Assembly (NCBI GenBank): GCA_902596665.1
Contig: CACJUN010000003.1
Coordinates: forward strand, 143,536 to 207,535
DNA length: 64,000 nt
Reading direction: 5' to 3'
Source of the DNA: an uncultured SAR86 cluster bacterium
GTDB lineage: Bacteria > Pseudomonadota > Gammaproteobacteria > Magnimaribacterales > AG-339-G14
The notes under the pieces are model-generated. The model worked only from the letters and a program-made list of their open reading frames with translations. It made no database searches and was not told the origin of the DNA. This document shows positions 61,890 to 64,000 of the stretch, piece after piece. Every line of letters starts with the position of its first letter. The stretch's first letter is position 1. The translations under genes and the position numbers were made by a program.

Positions 61890-62895
61890 CGTTATTTTCT
61901 TCTAAAGACCATCTTGCTCTTGCTTCAATGTTATAGTTTTTTTCAGAATTTTCTATCTTCATTAGGCCGGCATGAGCGACCATTAAACCGTTATCGGTGC
62001 AGTGCTTAAGATCAGGAAAATGTAACTTCACATTTGATGGCATTGCATCTGCTAACGACGACCTTAAAAATTCATTAGCTGCCACACCTCCAGAAACTAC
62101 TAAGTCAGAAATATTTTCTTGGATAGAGGCTTTTAATACCTTGCTTACGATGCAGTCTACCGCTGCATTTTGGAAACTATTTGATATATCAATTTTGTCT
62201 TCATCTGAAAGATTATCTAATTTTTGGACGGCGTATAAAACTGCAGTTTTTAGTCCGCTGAAGCTTAAATTTAGACAATCAGAGTTAATCATGGGTCGAG
62301 GAAATCTAAATCTATCAATTTGAGAAAGCTTAGCTAGCTTTTCAATTTCAGGTCCGCCAGGGTAGCCCAAATTAAGTAATTTTGCTGTTTTATCAAAGGC
62401 TTCTCCCAAGGCATCATCTTTAGTCTCCCCCATAATTGTATATCTCCCACCTTCATCCACCTTAACAATTAATGTATGGCCTCCAGAAACTAGAAGAGAA
62501 ACAAATGGCAGACTTGGTGGGTTGGCATCAAGCAAAGGCATCAAAAGATGTGCTTCCATATGATGGACGTTTATCACTGGAATTTTCAGCGCATAAGCAA
62601 TGGAATTTGCAATGGTATTTCCAACTAACAGTGGTCCTCTTAACCCCGGTCCTTTAGATACTGCAATCGCATCAAGGATCTCAAAAGATAAGTCGTTTTT
62701 TTCAAACTCATTCTTAATCAGTGGAACTAACCTTGAAATATGATCCCTAGCAGCTAATTCAGGCACAACTCCACCGTATAGATTATGCAGATCTACTTGA
62801 CTAAATAATGCTTCGCAAAGAACTTTCTTATTGGGGCTATTAATGACTGCTATAGCCGTTTCATCGCATGATGTTTCAATTCCTAAAATTGCCAT
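61879..62895 (-). CDS. tsaD: t6A37 threonylcarbamoyltransferase
   Basis: GIETSCDE, GGVVPE.AAR.H, HHMEAH, VSGGHT, GEAFDK, TDNG.M. Confidence 0.96.
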   Translation of the reverse strand: MAILGIETSCDETAIAVINSPNKKVLCEALFSQVDLHNLYGGVVPELAARDHISRLVPLIKNEFEKNDLSFEILDAIAVSKGPGLRGPLLVGNTIANSIAYALKIPVINVHHMEAHLLMPLLDANPPSLPFVSLLVSGGHTLIVKVDEGGRYTIMGETKDDALGEAFDKTAKLLNLGYPGGPEIEKLAKLSQIDRFRFPRPMINSDCLNLSFSGLKTAVLYAVQKLDNLSDEDKIDISNSFQNAAVDCIVSKVLKASIQENISDLVVSGGVAANEFLRSSLADAMPSNVKLHFPDLKHCTDNGLMVAHAGLMKIENSEKNYNIEARARWSLEENNDAR

Positions 62896-62926
62896 AGGTA
62901 AAGCTTATCAGGAAATATATTTAATT

Positions 62927-62954
62927 TTGCAAATAAGCATTTTATCTATAGAAT
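62927..62954 (+). promoter_or_regulatory. Putative sigma70 promoter of rpsU
   Basis: TTGCAA-16bp-TAGAAT, followed by SD TAAGGA. Confidence 0.5.
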
Positions 62955-62973
62955 TGCCCACCTAAGGATATAT

Positions 62974-63192
62974 ATGCCAATAATTAAGTTAAAAGAAAAT
63001 GAATCATTTGATTCAGGTTTAAGAAGATTCAAAAGATCTTGTGATCGTGCGGGTGTCATTTCTGAAGTCAGAAAAAGAGAATTCTATGAAAAACCAACTT
63101 CTGTAAGAAAAAGAAAAGCTGCTGCTGCTGTGAAACGTCAAGCTAAAAGAAGCAGAGCCGGTATGTTACCTAGAAATAGAGTCGGCGTTTAA
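62974..63192 (+). CDS. rpsU: 30S ribosomal protein S21
   Basis: [22 protein letters not shown]. Confidence 0.97.
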   Translation: MPIIKLKENESFDSGLRRFKRSCDRAGVISEVRKREFYEKPTSVRKRKAAAAVKRQAKRSRAGMLPRNRVGV

Positions 63193-63196
63193 TTCC

Positions 63197-63646
63197 ATGT
63201 CAGATTTACTTAAACCTTTAATAAAGGAGGCTAGCGTTAGGTCTCTCAAAGAAGGCAATAAAGAGATAACTATGGTCCTCAGACTAATCCTGGCTGAGTT
63301 TCAAAAAGAAGAAATATCTCAAGGTTCAGATTTAAATAATAATGATGAGCTTAGTCTCTTGCAAAAGATGATTAAGCAACGTAATGATTCAATCAAACAA
63401 TATAATGATGCTGGACGAAATGAACTTGCCGAAAAAGAACAAAAAGAAATAGAGGTTATTCAAGATTTTCTTCCTGAGCAGATTAACGAAGAAGACCTTA
63501 TAAAATTAGCTAATGAGACTATTAATGATTTATCTGCTAATTCCATGAAGGACATGGGTAATGTTATGAAGGTCCTTAAGGATAAAACTTCCGGTCAAGC
63601 CGATCCTGCTACAATCAGCAAAATTGTTAAAGGATTACTTTCCTAA
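63197..63646 (+). CDS. GatB/YqeY domain protein
   Basis: KMIKQRNDSI.QY..AGR.ELAEKE, FLPEQ, KDMG.VM; follows rpsU. Confidence 0.92.
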   Translation: MSDLLKPLIKEASVRSLKEGNKEITMVLRLILAEFQKEEISQGSDLNNNDELSLLQKMIKQRNDSIKQYNDAGRNELAEKEQKEIEVIQDFLPEQINEEDLIKLANETINDLSANSMKDMGNVMKVLKDKTSGQADPATISKIVKGLLS

Positions 63647-63649
63647 TTT

Positions 63650-64000
63650 TTAGTTACTCGCGGAATCAACAGTTGCAACAATTTGTTGATCGGCTTCTAG
63701 ATTAACTTTATCGCCTTTAATCAGATTATTTAGATTAGTTGCCTGTAAAGTTTCAGGAATCAAGGCAACAGTTAAATGGTTCTCTTCTTTGTCCTTGATA
63801 GTCAGGCTGGCACCATTGATAGCAACATATCCTTTTTTAAATAAGTATTTACTTAAGTTGTTTGAAAAAGATATCTTAAGTATGTATTCATCTCCTATAG
63901 TAACCTCCTCTACTGTGCCGGTTTCGTGCACATGCCCAGAAACTAGATGCCCCCCAACTTCATCACCGAACTTTAAGGAACGTTCAAGATTGAAAATCCT
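63650..64000 (-). CDS. Riboflavin synthase alpha chain, 5'-truncated by window edge
   Basis: Open frame from 64000: NLERSLKFGDEVGGHLVSGHV...KGYVAINGASLT...LIPETL..TNL...VNLEAD. Confidence 0.93.
   Translation of the reverse strand, partial: RIFNLERSLKFGDEVGGHLVSGHVHETGTVEEVTIGDEYILKISFSNNLSKYLFKKGYVAINGASLTIKDKEENHLTVALIPETLQATNLNNLIKGDKVNLEADQQIVATVDSASN

Overview
AT-rich, very gene-dense chromosome segment of a streamlined gammaproteobacterium. A SAR86-like marine lineage is inferred from Pseudomonas-like synteny, near-zero intergenic space, TonB receptors and many lipid-catabolic genes; this is not verified. About 65 CDS are mostly housekeeping (mpl, pfk, parEC, thiC, tolC, mutM, coaD, rpoD, dnaG, fis-purHD, trpEGDC, rpe, amgK-murU, lptD-surA-pdxA-rsmA-apaH-cca, folBK, tsaD, rpsU). 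There is one tRNA-Ile2(CAU) and no mobile elements or CRISPR. The main point of interest is an iron/heme island at 16.9-27.4 kb: a single-locus heme pathway using a C4-type 5-aminolevulinate synthase and a long HemC that may also supply HemD activity, next to an FTR1 permease and a Fur-boxed TonB receptor. The ~300-nt stretch downstream of that receptor forms a series of hairpins. The loop of a perfect 16-bp hairpin there is exactly complementary over 10 nt to the ribosome-binding site of the neighbouring ALAS gene, making it a candidate Fur-controlled, 3'UTR-derived sRNA that shuts off heme synthesis under iron starvation. Also notable: apparently pervasive leaderless transcription, a ~27-kb inversion splitting rpsU-yqeY from dnaG-rpoD, a lipoprotein plus FN3/Ig surface-protein pair, and unannotated small ORFs. 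All calls come from reading the sequence; no searches were run.
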